DNA of 64,000 nucleotides from Macrostomum hystrix (Eukaryota; Animalia; Platyhelminthes): NCBI GenBank assembly GCA_950097015.1, contig CATNEN010000041.1, positions 3,286,001 to 3,350,000 of the forward strand, read 5' to 3'. Shown piece by piece: positions 12,957 to 24,907 of this stretch (position 1 is its first letter; each line of letters starts with the position of its first letter). The notes under the pieces were generated by a model. It saw only the letters and a program-made list of their open reading frames with translations, ran no database searches and was not told where the DNA came from. The position numbers and the translations under genes were made by a program.

Positions 12957-13560
12957 TTAAGGATGCGAAATTGGGACTTTTCCCAGAAATGTTCTTTTCA
13001 AAATTCGAACTGCGGTGCTATACATATTCCAACTGCACTTAAAAAGGAAGTGGACCTCGTTTTCAACTTCCATCATTTTGCACTTACTACATAATCTATT
13101 CTCATACGGAATTTTCGGTCTCGCAGTTCGCAATGTTTCGCAAGCTAGCTTATAGTTTCCTAGTCTAGACGAGAATATGGTACGTCTCAACTCCGGGTTG
13201 TATTTTTGTTGTAAATATTTTTCGGCTGAATAATATTGCTTAAATAAGGAGTAATAGAATTGACTTAGCTTGCTTGAGTTCTGTGTTCTTTGTCTCCAAT
13301 CGAACTGAGAAACGAATTTTTTCCTGTAGTTTCTAATTGCTTTTGCAGAACTAATGCCTCTGCAGTTCAGCGTAACCTCATTGTTGATCTTTGCTTTGAT
13401 TCCAACATCACTACTGTATGTTGGGTCCGCTAATAACTTGAAAATTATGCAATCCGGGCGGCTTGTTATGGAGGCCCAGTATGAAATGCTTCTTTTCTGG
13501 ATGTTGTATAATAAAGGCAATCTGCCTAACTCTGAGCGGGCCCCGTTGCCATCTGTATTT
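12957..13560 (-). mobile_element. Relic of a non-LTR retrotransposon ORF2 C-terminus (post-RT region and Cys/His zinc motif)
   Basis: Minus-strand reading ARSELGRLPL..SYWASI..SRLGNYKLACET..ENRLCSKCKMMEVENEVHFLFKC is the typical LINE ORF2 tail. No intact RT is adjacent. Confidence 0.7.
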
Positions 13561-13875
13561 TGGCTGACTTGTAGTATGGCTTAGTTATAACTGCCAACTC
13601 TGAGCGGGCCCCCGTTGCCATCTGTATTTTGGCTGACTTGTAGTATGGCTTAGTTATAACTGCCAACTCTGAGCGGGCCCCGTTGCCATCTGTATTTTGG
13701 CTGACTTGTAGTATGGCTTAGTTATAACTGCCAACTCTGAGCGGGCCCCGTTGCCATCTGTATTTTGGCTGACTTGTAGTATGGCTTAGTTATAACTGCC
13801 AACTCTGAGCGGGCCCCGTTGCCATCTGTATTTTGGCTGACTTGTAGTATGGCTTAGTTATAACTGCCAACTCTG
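13524..13875 (+). repeat. 68-bp tandem array (5 copies) amplified from within the LINE relic
   Basis: Unit aactctgagcgggccccgttgccatctgtattttggctgacttgtagtatggcttagttataactgcc. On the minus strand it encodes NGARSEL, continuous with the LINE frame. Confidence 0.85.
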
Positions 13876-15055
13876 CCGTTGCGCTGTTGTGCGAATGATG
13901 ACCTGATGGCATGGCCTGCAGCCTGTATGCTTTTATAGGGGATTTGGGGCTCGTAACAATGCTTCTAGGGCGGCCACATAGAATGGACCTCGGGACATCT
14001 CTTCAATGTAACTTGGCTATCGTGCACCATAGAAAGGTTTCATTTGCGGTGCAAGATTTCCGAAAGTTCGCAAAATGTGTGAATTTAATGTTTCATTGAA
14101 ATTATTTCTGAACAAACTATGACTTTAAACAATGAACGAGCTCCGGGTACTGTACGTTTCTCCACCGACGTTTGGCCGCCGACGTTTGCCCGCTGCACTT
14201 TTGTTATTTTTGGCACGTATTGTGATTCAAGTTATGTAAACTTTTTAATTACTTTAAAGGGCTTTCATCTGGTATACAACTTAGATGAAATATATTTGCT
14301 TAGCTTTGGGCGTTACACATGAAGAATCCTTTATTAAATCCTTTTCTGCGCTGTAACTGTAGAATGTAGATGCAACTAGGCATTCCGCTCCCGGGATTGA
14401 GTCTCAATTTCAGTGATATCAATCCTGGTATCCTAAGTAATCGGTATTTCTGAATGCCTAATCACAGTGATAAATGGTGCTATATCTCGGAAATACCAAA
14501 ACTTACTACATAAAAGAATCGGGTTAGCTGCGGGAATTCTTCTTTCAATTTACGGAATGCAGAAGCTTTTCATGGGAAATGAAACTGCATTTGAGCACTA
14601 ATTTTCCAATCGAATAATCGAATAATTAGTTCTTAACTTTGCTATTGGTTTCTGTAAAGACAGATTACTATTCATTCTAAAGCGTACAGGACAAGCCATA
14701 TGCACATTCATACTCTTCTGAAAAGAGACATATGTGAAGCTAGTCATTCCCTTTACAGCGAAGGAGTCCAGTGTACATGGTCTGTATGTACATTCTATTC
14801 TACATGCTGGCAGGGTTCAATCCTGGACGCACCCCACTTCTCTTTCCACAAGGGGGGTGGGGGGCTAGGAAGAGAAGGCTGAGTGGGTATGAGTGTGGAG
14901 TGTGGGGTTAAGAAGGAAAGAAGGCCAGTCAAAGCGAAAAACGAAAATTCACTGCAAGAGTGCTTTACCCTATTTTTTGCTAGCTCCCATTCAATTTACG
15001 ATAACAGTGAGAGCAGCTTTAGATCGTTTAGCGGAGCAACGACAAAAGGCAAAAA

Positions 15056-16468
15056 ATGAACACCGACCTTCGACAGAAGATCAGGCGCAAGCGATCGGCT
15101 CAGAATGATGCTGAATCGTCAAGGCCTGGCATCAAGAAGGTTCGGCCTGACGAAAAACTGTTAACTGAACTGCGGCAGTGGCGCTTTGCCCGCTCTCTGG
15201 TCAAAGTGTTCTTGGGTGGCAATGGCGACATGTACCACAGCGAAGAGAAGAACCTTTCCGAGGCACAAAACATGCTGGACCGCTGGCTATTGTCTTTTCA
15301 GCTGGACTATGCAAAGAGCATGGACTCTCGCTATCCCCTGTTCCCTTGCAGCATGAGCATTGAGGACCCGGTGAACCAGAAGCTGATTGATGAGTGCATT
15401 GAGAAGAAGTTCAGCGCCGACAAAGAAGACGCCAAGAAAATCTTCCACAGGCTCAATAAGCGGCTGCACGAGTTCCTGGAAGACGACAGCAATGAGGACG
15501 GAAGTCGCATGACTGTCGAACTGATTGAGGACGATAACGATGCGGCCCACGTGACCCTCTCGGACTTCAAGTCCAGACATTGTTGGCGCGTCAAATTCCT
15601 AGTGCGCAACTTCGGCCTTCTGTCAGCCACGCGGATGCTGATCAGGTACGAGGCTCTGGGCACCGGCAGTCTGCAGTGGGGCGACCCCATCACTGTGCAC
15701 AATGCCCTTCACGACCTGATGGGGGTTCGCTACGAGGGTTTCGCCTCTCCACTCAATTCGAAAATGATCGACAAGGCAGACGCGCGCTTCTGCAGTCTCT
15801 TCTTCGACACAGACGAGGAGTTCGGCAGCATGGGCAGCTTCTTCAAAGTGGACTTTACCGAGTGCAACGGCGGCTGGACCGTCAACCCGCCCTTCATCGA
15901 AGAGCTCATGGACCGCGTGGCAACCAAGATTCTCAATTACCTGGACACTGGCGACGAGAAAAACTGGTTCTTCGTGACCTTCCCCAGGTGGGAGGACACT
16001 CCCGGCTGGGACCGGCTCAGCAGCTCCAAGCACCTCATCGACAAGATCGAGCTGGACAACGGCGGTTTCACCGTGCAGGACTGCTACGGCCGCATCTTCG
16101 TGCCGCGCAACAACCTCACCATCTTCGTGCTGGGCCACCGCCTGCCACCGGATGCGAACCTGCAAGGCATTCGCTCCATGTTTCGCAACCTGAACCGAGA
16201 CATTGTTGAAGCTGAGTGGCGCATGACCTGCAGCAAGCAGCTGCTCCTTGGAAACCAGCAGGAGACTGCAGTCTCTGCAGACCGCGTCTTCCTCAAGGGG
16301 ACCCGCCGAAAGGAGACTTCTGACAGCCTACCCGACGACTGCAGCGACGTCGATGATTGCGCGGAATCGACTCCCACTGTGCTGCCCGCCAAGCCTCTGA
16401 TTGACCCGAGCCTGAAACCCAACCGTCAGCTAAAGCGATTTGCCAAGGCTCATCAAGCCAATCAATAG
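15056..16468 (+). CDS. PCIF1: PCIF1/CAPAM-like cap adenosine N6-methyltransferase, single exon, no WW domain, 470 aa
   Basis: LDRWLL..PLFP helical-domain motif; MLIRYEAL, EGFASPLNS, FCSLFFDTDEEFGSMGSFF; catalytic motif IV NPPF followed by IEELMD; FFVTFPRW. Family assignment is clear but orthology to canonical PCIF1 is not. Confidence 0.85.
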   Translation: MNTDLRQKIRRKRSAQNDAESSRPGIKKVRPDEKLLTELRQWRFARSLVKVFLGGNGDMYHSEEKNLSEAQNMLDRWLLSFQLDYAKSMDSRYPLFPCSMSIEDPVNQKLIDECIEKKFSADKEDAKKIFHRLNKRLHEFLEDDSNEDGSRMTVELIEDDNDAAHVTLSDFKSRHCWRVKFLVRNFGLLSATRMLIRYEALGTGSLQWGDPITVHNALHDLMGVRYEGFASPLNSKMIDKADARFCSLFFDTDEEFGSMGSFFKVDFTECNGGWTVNPPFIEELMDRVATKILNYLDTGDEKNWFFVTFPRWEDTPGWDRLSSSKHLIDKIELDNGGFTVQDCYGRIFVPRNNLTIFVLGHRLPPDANLQGIRSMFRNLNRDIVEAEWRMTCSKQLLLGNQQETAVSADRVFLKGTRRKETSDSLPDDCSDVDDCAESTPTVLPAKPLIDPSLKPNRQLKRFAKAHQANQ

Positions 16469-17189
16469 GCATTGACTCGGTCTCAGTGGCAGCGATATTC
16501 CTCAACCCTTGCACCGGTATAATCCAGCCTGATATCCACTAACTTGATTCTGCAAAATTCTTTCCCTTTATCTGTTGTGCTGGAGTGATTTCAGGCCTAA
16601 AGACAATGGATGTGATTATTTATTTAGTGTTTGCTTTCGTAAGAATATGTTAATTCTCGTAACTAAGTCGAGTTGAACAGAATAGAATTTACTGGCTTCA
16701 CCACGCAGCACAAGGGTCGCGAAAAAGTGGCTTTAAAATATCTTTAAGAAAGCTTTTCATTGTGTCTGTACAAGCGTACTTGTGCACGACTTGAATACTT
16801 TTTTCCTTAGAGATCTTAGCTCTTTATTCTGGATTGTTGGTATAACTGCATATGCCAATGGCCAATTTGTTTGCTGGCTACTTTTAAATGTGACCTATTT
16901 CTATTTAAGGAACAAAAGGTGTAGCATACTGTAGCTTTTTTAGGTGTAAAATAAACTGCAGTTAATGACAGGCGCCCGTTGGCCTGCAACTTGAATTCGG
17001 CTTCGAATCCCGCCTGCTATCTTTATTGACTTCAAGCCCACTGAGCTCACTGATTTGCTATGCTTGGCACGATCTAACAGTCTATCCAGTCTCAACCTCA
17101 CCTGTTAAGTAGTCTGCCCCTCTCATCCCTCACCTCTTAAGTATGTCTCCCTCACATTCCTCACCTTTTAAGTATGTCTGTACCTCACA

Positions 17190-20100
17190 TGATTTGCATC
17201 ATGCTACTTTCTCCATCGTCATTTGGCATTGCTTTGCATCATGCTTCTTTCTCCATCGTCATTTGGCATTGCTTTGCATCATGCTTCTTTCTCCATCGTC
17301 ATTTGGCATTGCTTTGCATCAGGCTTCTTTCTCCATCGTCATTTGGCATTGCTTTGCATCATGCTTCTTTCTCCATCGTCATTTGGCATTGCTTTGCATC
17401 ATGCTACTTTCTCCATCGTCATTTGGCATTGCTTTGCATCATGCTTCTTTCTCCATCGTCATTTGGCATTGCTTTGCATCATGCTTCTTTCTCCATCGTC
17501 ATTTGGCATTGCTTTGCATCATGCTTCTTTCTCCATCGTAGTTGGCATTGCTTTGCATCATGCTTCTTTCTCCATCGTCAGTTGGCATTGCTTTGCATCA
17601 TGCTTCTTTCTCCATCGTCATTTCGCATTGCTTTGCATCATGCTTCTTTCTCCATCGTCATTTGGCATTGCTTTGCATCATGCTTCTTTCTCCATCGTCA
17701 TTTGGCATTGCTTTGCATCATGCTTCTTTCTCCATCGTCATTTCGCATTGCTTTGCATCATGCTTCTTTCTCCATCGTCATTTCGCATTGCTTTGCATCA
17801 TGCTTCTTTCTCCATCGTCATTTGGCATTGCTTTGCATCATGCTTCTTTCTCCATCGTAGTTGGCATTGCTTGGCAATATGCTACTTTCTCCATCGTAGT
17901 TGGCATTGCTTGGCAATATGCTACTTTCTCCATCGTAGTTGGCATTGCTTGGCAATATGCTTCTTTCTCCATCGTCAGTTGGCATTGCTTGGCAATATGC
18001 TTCTTTCTTCATCGTAGTTGGCATTGCTTGGCAATATGCTTCTTTCTCCATCGTCAGTTGGCATTGCTTTGCATCATGCTTCTTTCTCCATCGTCAGTTG
18101 GCATTGCTTGGCAATATGCTACTTTCTCCATCGTAGTTGGCATTGCTTGGCAATATGCTACTTTCTCCATCGTAGTTGGCATTGCTTGGCAATATGCTTC
18201 TTTCTTCATCGTAGTTGGCATTGCTTGGCAATATGCTTCTTTCTCCATCGTAGTTGGCATTGCTTGGCAATATGCTACTTTCTCCATCGTCAGTTGGCAT
18301 TGCTTTGCATCATGCTTCTTTCTCCATCGTCAGTTGGCATTGCTTTGCATCATGCTTCTTTCTCCATCGTCATTTGGCATTGCTTTGCATCATGCTTCTT
18401 TCTCCATCGTCATTTGGCATTGCTTTGCATTATGCTTCTTTCTCCATCGTCATTTGGCATTGCTTTGCATCATGCTTCTTTCTCCATCGTAGTTCGCATT
18501 GCTTTGCATCATGCTTCTTTCTCCATCGTAGTTGGCATTGCTTGGCAATATGCTACTTTCTCCATCGTCAGTTGGCATTGCTTTGCATCATGCTTCTTTC
18601 TCCATCGTCAGTTGGCATTGCTTTGCATCATGCTTCTTTCTCCATCGTCATTTGGCATTGCTTTGCATCATGCTTCTTTCTCCATCGTCATTTGGCATTG
18701 CTTTGCATCATGCTTCTTTCTCCATCGTCATTTGGCATTGCTTTGCATCATGCTTCTTTCTCCATCGTAGTTGGCATTGCTTGGCAATATGCTACTTTCT
18801 CCATCGTAGTTGGCATTGCTTGGCAATATGCTTCTTTCTCCATCGTAGTTGGCATTGCTTGGCAATATGCTACTTTCTCCATCGTCATTTGGCATTGCTT
18901 TGCATCATGCTTCTTTCTCCATCGTAGTTGGCATTGCTTGGCAATATGCTACTTTCTCCATCGTAGTTGGCATTGCTTGGCAATATGCTTCTTTCTCCAT
19001 CGTAGTTGGCATTGCTTGGCAATATGCTTCTTTCTCCATCGTAGTTGGCATTGCTTGGCAATATGCTACTTTCTCCATCGTCATTTGGCATTGCTTTGCA
19101 TCATGCTTCTTTCTCCATTGTCAGTTGGCATTGCTTTGCATCATGCTTCTTTCTCCATCGTCATTTGGCATTGCTTTGCATTATGCTTCTTTCTCCATCG
19201 TCATTTGGCATTGCTTTGCATCATGCTTCTTTCTCCATCGTCATTTGGCATTGCTTTGCATCATGCTTCTTTCTCCATCGTCAGTTCGCATTGCTTTGCA
19301 TCATGCTTCTTTCTCCATCGTCATTTGGCATTGCTTTGCATCATGCTTCTTTCTCCATCGTCATTTGGCATTGCTTTGCATCATGCTTCTTTCTCCATCG
19401 TCATTTGGCATTGCTTTGCATCATGCTTCTTTCTCCATCGTCATTTGGCATTGCTTTGCATCATGCTTCTTTCTCCATCGTCATTTGGCATTGCTTTGCA
19501 TCATGCTTCTTTCTCCATCGTCATTTGGCATTGCTTTGCATCATGCTTCTTTCTCCATCGTCATTTGGCATTGCTTTGCATCATGCTTCTTTCTCCATCG
19601 TCATTTGGCATTGCTTTGCATCATGCTTCTTTCTCCATCGTCAGTTCGCATTGCTTTGCATCATGCTTCTTTCTCCATCGTCATTTGGCATTGCTTTGCA
19701 TCATGCTTCTTTCTCCATCGTAGTTGGCATTGCTTGGCAATATGCTTCTTTCTCCATCGTAGTTGGCATTGCTTGGCAATATGCTACTTTCTCCATCGTC
19801 ATTTGGCATTGCTTTGCATCATGCTTCTTTCTCCATCGTAGTTGGCATTGCTTGGCAATATGCTACTTTCTCCATCGTAGTTGGCATTGCTTGGCAATAT
19901 GCTTCTTTCTCCATCGTAGTTGGCATTGCTTGGCAATATGCTACTTTCTCCATCGTCAGTTGGCATTGCTTTGCATCATGCTTCTTTCTCCATCGTAGTT
20001 GGCATTGCTTGGCAATATGCTTCTTTCTCCATCGTAGTTGGCATTGCTTTGCATCATGCTTCTTTCTCCATCGTAGTTGGCATTGCTTGGCAATATGCTA

Positions 20101-21410
20101 CTTTCTCCATCGTCAGTTGGCATTGCTTTGCATCATGCTTCTTTCTCCATCGTCAGTTGGCATTGCTTTGCATCATGCTTCTTTCTCCATCGTCATTTGG
20201 CATTGCTTTGCATTATGCTTCTTTCTCCATCGTCATTTGGCATTGCTTTGCATCATGCTTCTTTCTCCATCGTAGTTCGCATTGCTTTGCATCATGCTTC
20301 TTTCTCCATCGTCATTTGGCATTGCTTTGCATCATGCTTCTTTCTCCATCGTCATTTGGCATTGCTTTGCATTATGCTTCTTTCTCCATCGTCATTTGGC
20401 ATTGCTTTGCATCATGCTTCTTTCTCCATCGTCATTTGGCATTGCTTTGCGTCATGCTTCTTTCTCCATCGTCATTTGGCATTGCTTTGCATCATGCTTC
20501 TTTCTCCATCGTCATTTGGCATTGCTTTGCATCATGCTTCTTTCTCCATCGTCAGTTCGCATTGCTTTGCATCATGCTTCTTTCTCCATCGTCATTTGGC
20601 ATTGCTTTGCATCATGCTTCTTTCTCCATCGTAGTTGGCATTGCTTGGCAATATGCTACTTTCTCCATCGTAGTTGGCATTGCTTGGCAATATGCTTCTT
20701 TCTCCATCGTAGTTGGCATTGCTTGGCAATATGCTACTTTCTCCATCGTCATTTGGCATTGCTTTGCATCATGCTTCTTTCTCCATCGTAGTTGGCATTG
20801 CTTGGCAATATGCTACTTTCTCCATCGTAGTTGGCATTGCTTGGCAATATGCTTCTTTCTCCATCGTAGTTGGCATTGCTTGGCAATATGCTACTTTCTC
20901 CATCGTCATTTGGCATTGCTTTGCATCATGCTTCTTTCTCCATCGTAGTTGGCATTGCTTGGCAATATGCTACTTTCTCCATCGTAGTTGGCATTGCTTG
21001 GCAATATGCTTCTTTCTCCATCGTAGTTGGCATTGCTTGGCAATATGCTTCTTTCTCCATCGTAGTTGGCATTGCTTGGCAATATGCTACTTTCTCCATC
21101 GTCAGTTGGCATTGCTTTGCATCATGCTTCTTTCTCCATCGTAGTTGGCATTGCTTGGCAATATGCTTCTTTCTCCATCGTAGTTGGCATTGCTTTGCAT
21201 CATGCTTCTTTCTCCATCGTCAGTTGGCATTGCTTGGCAATATGCTACTTTCTCCATCGTCAGTTGGCATTGTTTGGCAATATGCTACTTTCTCCATCGT
21301 CAGTTGGCATTGCTTGGCAATATGCTACTTTCTCCATCGTCAGTTGGCATTGCTTGGCAATATGCTACTTTCTCCATCGTCAGTTGGCATTGTTTGGCAA
21401 TATGCTCCCT
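17190..21410 (+). repeat. 4.2-kb satellite of 40-bp and 39-bp monomers with higher-order structure
   Basis: Type A tccatcgtcatttggcattgctttgcatcatgcttctttc (40 bp); type B tccatcgtagttggcattgcttggcaatatgctactttc (39 bp). Confidence 0.95.
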
Positions 21411-21845
21411 CTATTCAGTCTCTGCGTTGTTAAGTTTTCACGCTTTTGAAAAGAAAGCTTAGAAAAAAGCTCGAGTCCACGAACATCGATGCAGCCACCT
21501 TTCTATCAGAGATTCAATGTGTATTTTGCATTTTGGAATTATCCATTTTAACGCATTCCAAATTACTAGCCTATATTTAGAAAAATTGATGAAAGCGAAG
21601 CACTTTAAAGAGATGTATTATTTCAGTTAGCGATTCAATTCAATTTCAATTCACAACGTCCCAGAACTTTGTAAATAAAGCTGCGTCAATCCGTTAATGG
21701 CAATCTGTTCACGCAGTATAATGTAAGAGGCCAGATTACAGATGAATTGAAGTGCGTACAGCAAAGGGTTAATCAACACAAGTGCTATTATGACGGAGTT
21801 TTATAATTTAAGTACTTGAGATAAGTCAGGTCCTACTTGACTTGT

Positions 21846-22334
21846 TCAGTGCTGCATGAGACGGCAGTCAAACATCCACTTATGGAAGCTCTGCATAATG
21901 GCTACGCCCTGGCAACTTCCCAGAACCCTTGTTGCCGTCCGCAAAACCGTTTGGTTTCCGCAGATGTAATTGTTGCTTAACTCCAATGAACGCTTTGCCC
22001 CTGAGCTGGTGCACCAGGTAACCGAATGGGCCAGTCCCGCTTCGGGCAGGTGCCGCCAGGTGTACTCGCATTTCATTGTGTCGCAGGGCCCCGAATACGA
22101 GTGGTGGCACCTCTCCACTTGTAAATTCGGCAAAGGCAGCTGCTGCATGCCATCAGGCAGGAACACCAGGAAGGTGTCGTTCCTGCTGAGGTTGGCGGCG
22201 AACTCCGTGCCGCAGCGCTCATGCACCAGTCGCTGAAGGGTCTGCGGCTGTAGGGCCGTACTCTGCCGCTGCAGGGACGACAGGCAGAGCAGCAGTACGG
22301 CTGCCATCCAGTAGCTGCTGGAAGATCGCTGCAT
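21846..22334 (-). CDS. Orphan secreted Cys-rich glycoprotein, single exon, 162 aa
   Basis: Signal peptide (MAAVLLLCLSSLQRQSTA), 8 Cys in the mature part, N-glycosylation sequons NLS/NDT/NQT, GC-rich ORF in AT-rich flanks. A TATAAA lies on the minus strand at 22425-22430. Confidence 0.7.
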   Translation of the reverse strand: MQRSSSSYWMAAVLLLCLSSLQRQSTALQPQTLQRLVHERCGTEFAANLSRNDTFLVFLPDGMQQLPLPNLQVERCHHSYSGPCDTMKCEYTWRHLPEAGLAHSVTWCTSSGAKRSLELSNNYICGNQTVLRTATRVLGSCQGVAIMQSFHKWMFDCRLMQH

Positions 22335-22875
22335 TGCCTTATTCGGTGAATGGGCTGCGTATTGTGAGGCTCCTTGGCTTCGCTTTTCTGACTTGGATCA
22401 GGAGCCTGCGGTCCTGCAGTGATATTTATATTCCTATCGGAAGACCGCGGGCTGAGGGGTCCGAGCTGACTGCTCTCTAAATGCGGGGCTCAGCCAACAG
22501 CTCGCAGCTGAGGTGGCTGCCACAGAAGGATGTATTCTCAGGTGTGCAGGTTAATTTTAGCTGCAGTTCATTCGTTGCTTTCCATTGTTATCTCATAAAA
22601 GCTTCCTGAGCAAGGGGTCGGAGAGAGGCATTGATACCCGCCCCAGCGAGCTTGGCAGACACAGTACTCAGTATTGCCACCCCTCAGCTCAAAACAGAAG
22701 AATTTTTGTATAATGACTGGCCCTACAGAGTCAGCATCTGTACAAGCCTCACATCCGGATGCATAGTGACAGAAGTGTGCCAAGTGGCAGAAGTGCTCGT
22801 GACTTCTTTATCACTGCTCACTCACCTGAAATGACTCATAACAATTACTTTTGCTACTTGTAACGTAAAGAGCAT

Positions 22876-23555
22876 CAGTTGGCAGTAAACAGTGGCACAG
22901 CTGGGTTTCTGCAGTTTGCATCAACTGTGCAAACTATTATGTCTGTGCGCTATCTATTAAGCTTTATTGAATCAGTTGGCAGTAAACAGTGGCACAGCTG
23001 GGTTTCTGCAGTTTGCATCAACTGTGCAAACTATTATGTCTGTGCGCTATCTATTAAGCTTTATTGAATCAGTTGGCAGTAAACAGTGGCACAGCTGGGT
23101 TTCTGCAGTTTGCATCAACTGTGCAAACTATAATGTCTGTGCTCTATCTATTAAGCTTTATTGAATCAGTTGGCAGTAAACAGTGGCACAGCTGGGTTTC
23201 TGCAGTTTGCATCAACTGTGCAAACTATTATGTCTGTGCTCTATCTATTAAGCTTTATTGAATCAGTTGGCAGTAAACAGTGGCACAGCTGGGTTTCTGC
23301 AGTTTGCATCAACTGTGCAAACTATTATGTCTGTGCGCTATCTATTAAGCTTTATTGAATCAGTTGGCAGTAAACAGTGGCACAGCTGGGTTTCTGCAGT
23401 TTGCATCAACTGTGCAAACTATTATGTCTGTGCGCTATCTATTAAGCTTTATTGAATCAGTTGGCAGTAAACAGTGGCACAGCTGGGTTTCTGCAGTTTG
23501 CATCAACTGTGCAAACTATTATGTCTGTGCGCTATCTATTAAGCTTTATTGAAGC
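22876..23555 (+). repeat. 97-bp tandem array (7 copies)
   Basis: Near-identical ORFs recur at a 97-bp offset (22967, 23064, 23161 ...). Confidence 0.95.
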
Positions 23556-24109
23556 AACTGCTAATTTTGCAATGCATGGCGTACTTGTGAGTGTAGGATC
23601 TGAAAAACATCTCAAATTTATTTATCATACGAGTGCATACGACATACTTACAAGTTACTATAAAAGATCATAAATATAATTATACATCATAAGCCTGCCA
23701 GTAGCACCACTTAAGACCCGTGAAAACGCATTTATTTGGCCTTTAGTGCGAACATCAGAAATTTCCGCCCAATATAAAAAAATCGGCCCAATGACACCTC
23801 CTGTACACCCCAATCGCTTCCAAGCGCAAGTAAAATAACCCACCTGTGCTTGAAGCACCTCATGGTTCTCTCCTCAAGCGAATTTTATGACCTCAAGCTT
23901 GCCTGGGCGCGCCCCGCTGGAGAGGCGCATGGAGAGGTGACGGAACAATAAATATTCAAAAAGAGCTTTTCCTGCATCAGCCTGCAGATTCCACGACTGG
24001 CTCATTTATCACTTCACTTCTTACAGCAGCATTTTTTTACTTTTTCCATCTATTGCGTATTTCCCCCGGCAGGTCAAATCTGCTGCTTTAGTCCATTCCG
24101 AATCATTCC

Positions 24110-24440
24110 ATAATCCAATGATCCCCAGTTCAATAATCCCCAGTCCAAAAATCCCCAGTCCAATAATCCCCAGTCCAATAATTCCCAGTCCAATAATCCC
24201 CAGTCCAATAATCCCCAGTCCAATAATTCCCAGTCCAATAACTCCCAGTCCAATAATCCCCAGTTCAAAAATCCCCAGTTCAATAACTCCCAGTCCAATA
24301 ACTCCCAGTCCAATAACTCCCAGTCCATTAATCCCCAGTCCAATAACTTTCAGTCCGAATAATCCCCAGTCCGAATAGTTCCCAGTCCCAATAATCCCCA
24401 GTCCCGATAATCCCCAGTCCAAAATTCCAAGTCCCAATAA
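24110..24440 (+). repeat. 15-bp minisatellite
   Basis: Unit atccccagtccaata. Confidence 0.9.
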
Positions 24441-24641
24441 TTCAGTCTAATTATTCCCCGTCCATCAGTCCCAATAATGCGCTCAAACACGTAAACAAGT
24501 GACGAAACCGTATATTTAAAAGGTTAAATTTGAAAGTGGATATCTGACTGCTCAGTTCACAATTTATTAATAGTAAAATTACCTTTGACCATATAGAGCC
24601 AGGGTAATGTTTGGCTAGCCCGAAAACTTCATAGTGCATTG

Positions 24642-24716
24642 AACTCTCTCTCTCTCTCTCTCCCTCTCTCTCTCTCTCCCTCTCTCTCTCTCTCCCTCTC
24701 TCTCTCTCTCCCTCTC

Positions 24717-24762
<46 letters not shown>

Positions 24763-24785
24763 TCTCTCTCTCTCCCTCTCTCTCA
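24642..24785 (+). repeat. Interrupted (CT)n microsatellite; a second tract lies at 25079-25148
   Basis: Direct reading. The left tract ends in tctcag, a likely acceptor for a 46-nt exon at 24787-24832 followed by gtgagt. Confidence 0.9.
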
Positions 24786-24907
24786 GGCCAGCACCGGCGT
24801 CTCGTACGACCGAGTCAGTGCCACGGAGTTGAGTGAGTATGGATTGAGTTGCGGGGCGCTGCCGAATCGATTACGATATGTTGAGGTTGAAAGCTGGATT
24901 TGAACAA

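Noticed and set aside
15178-16514. Overlapping and antisense ORFs over PCIF1-like, FECH, CARMIL, RhoGEF and the retroelements
   Set aside because: Expected shadow frames of GC-rich coding sequence, with no recognisable motifs.
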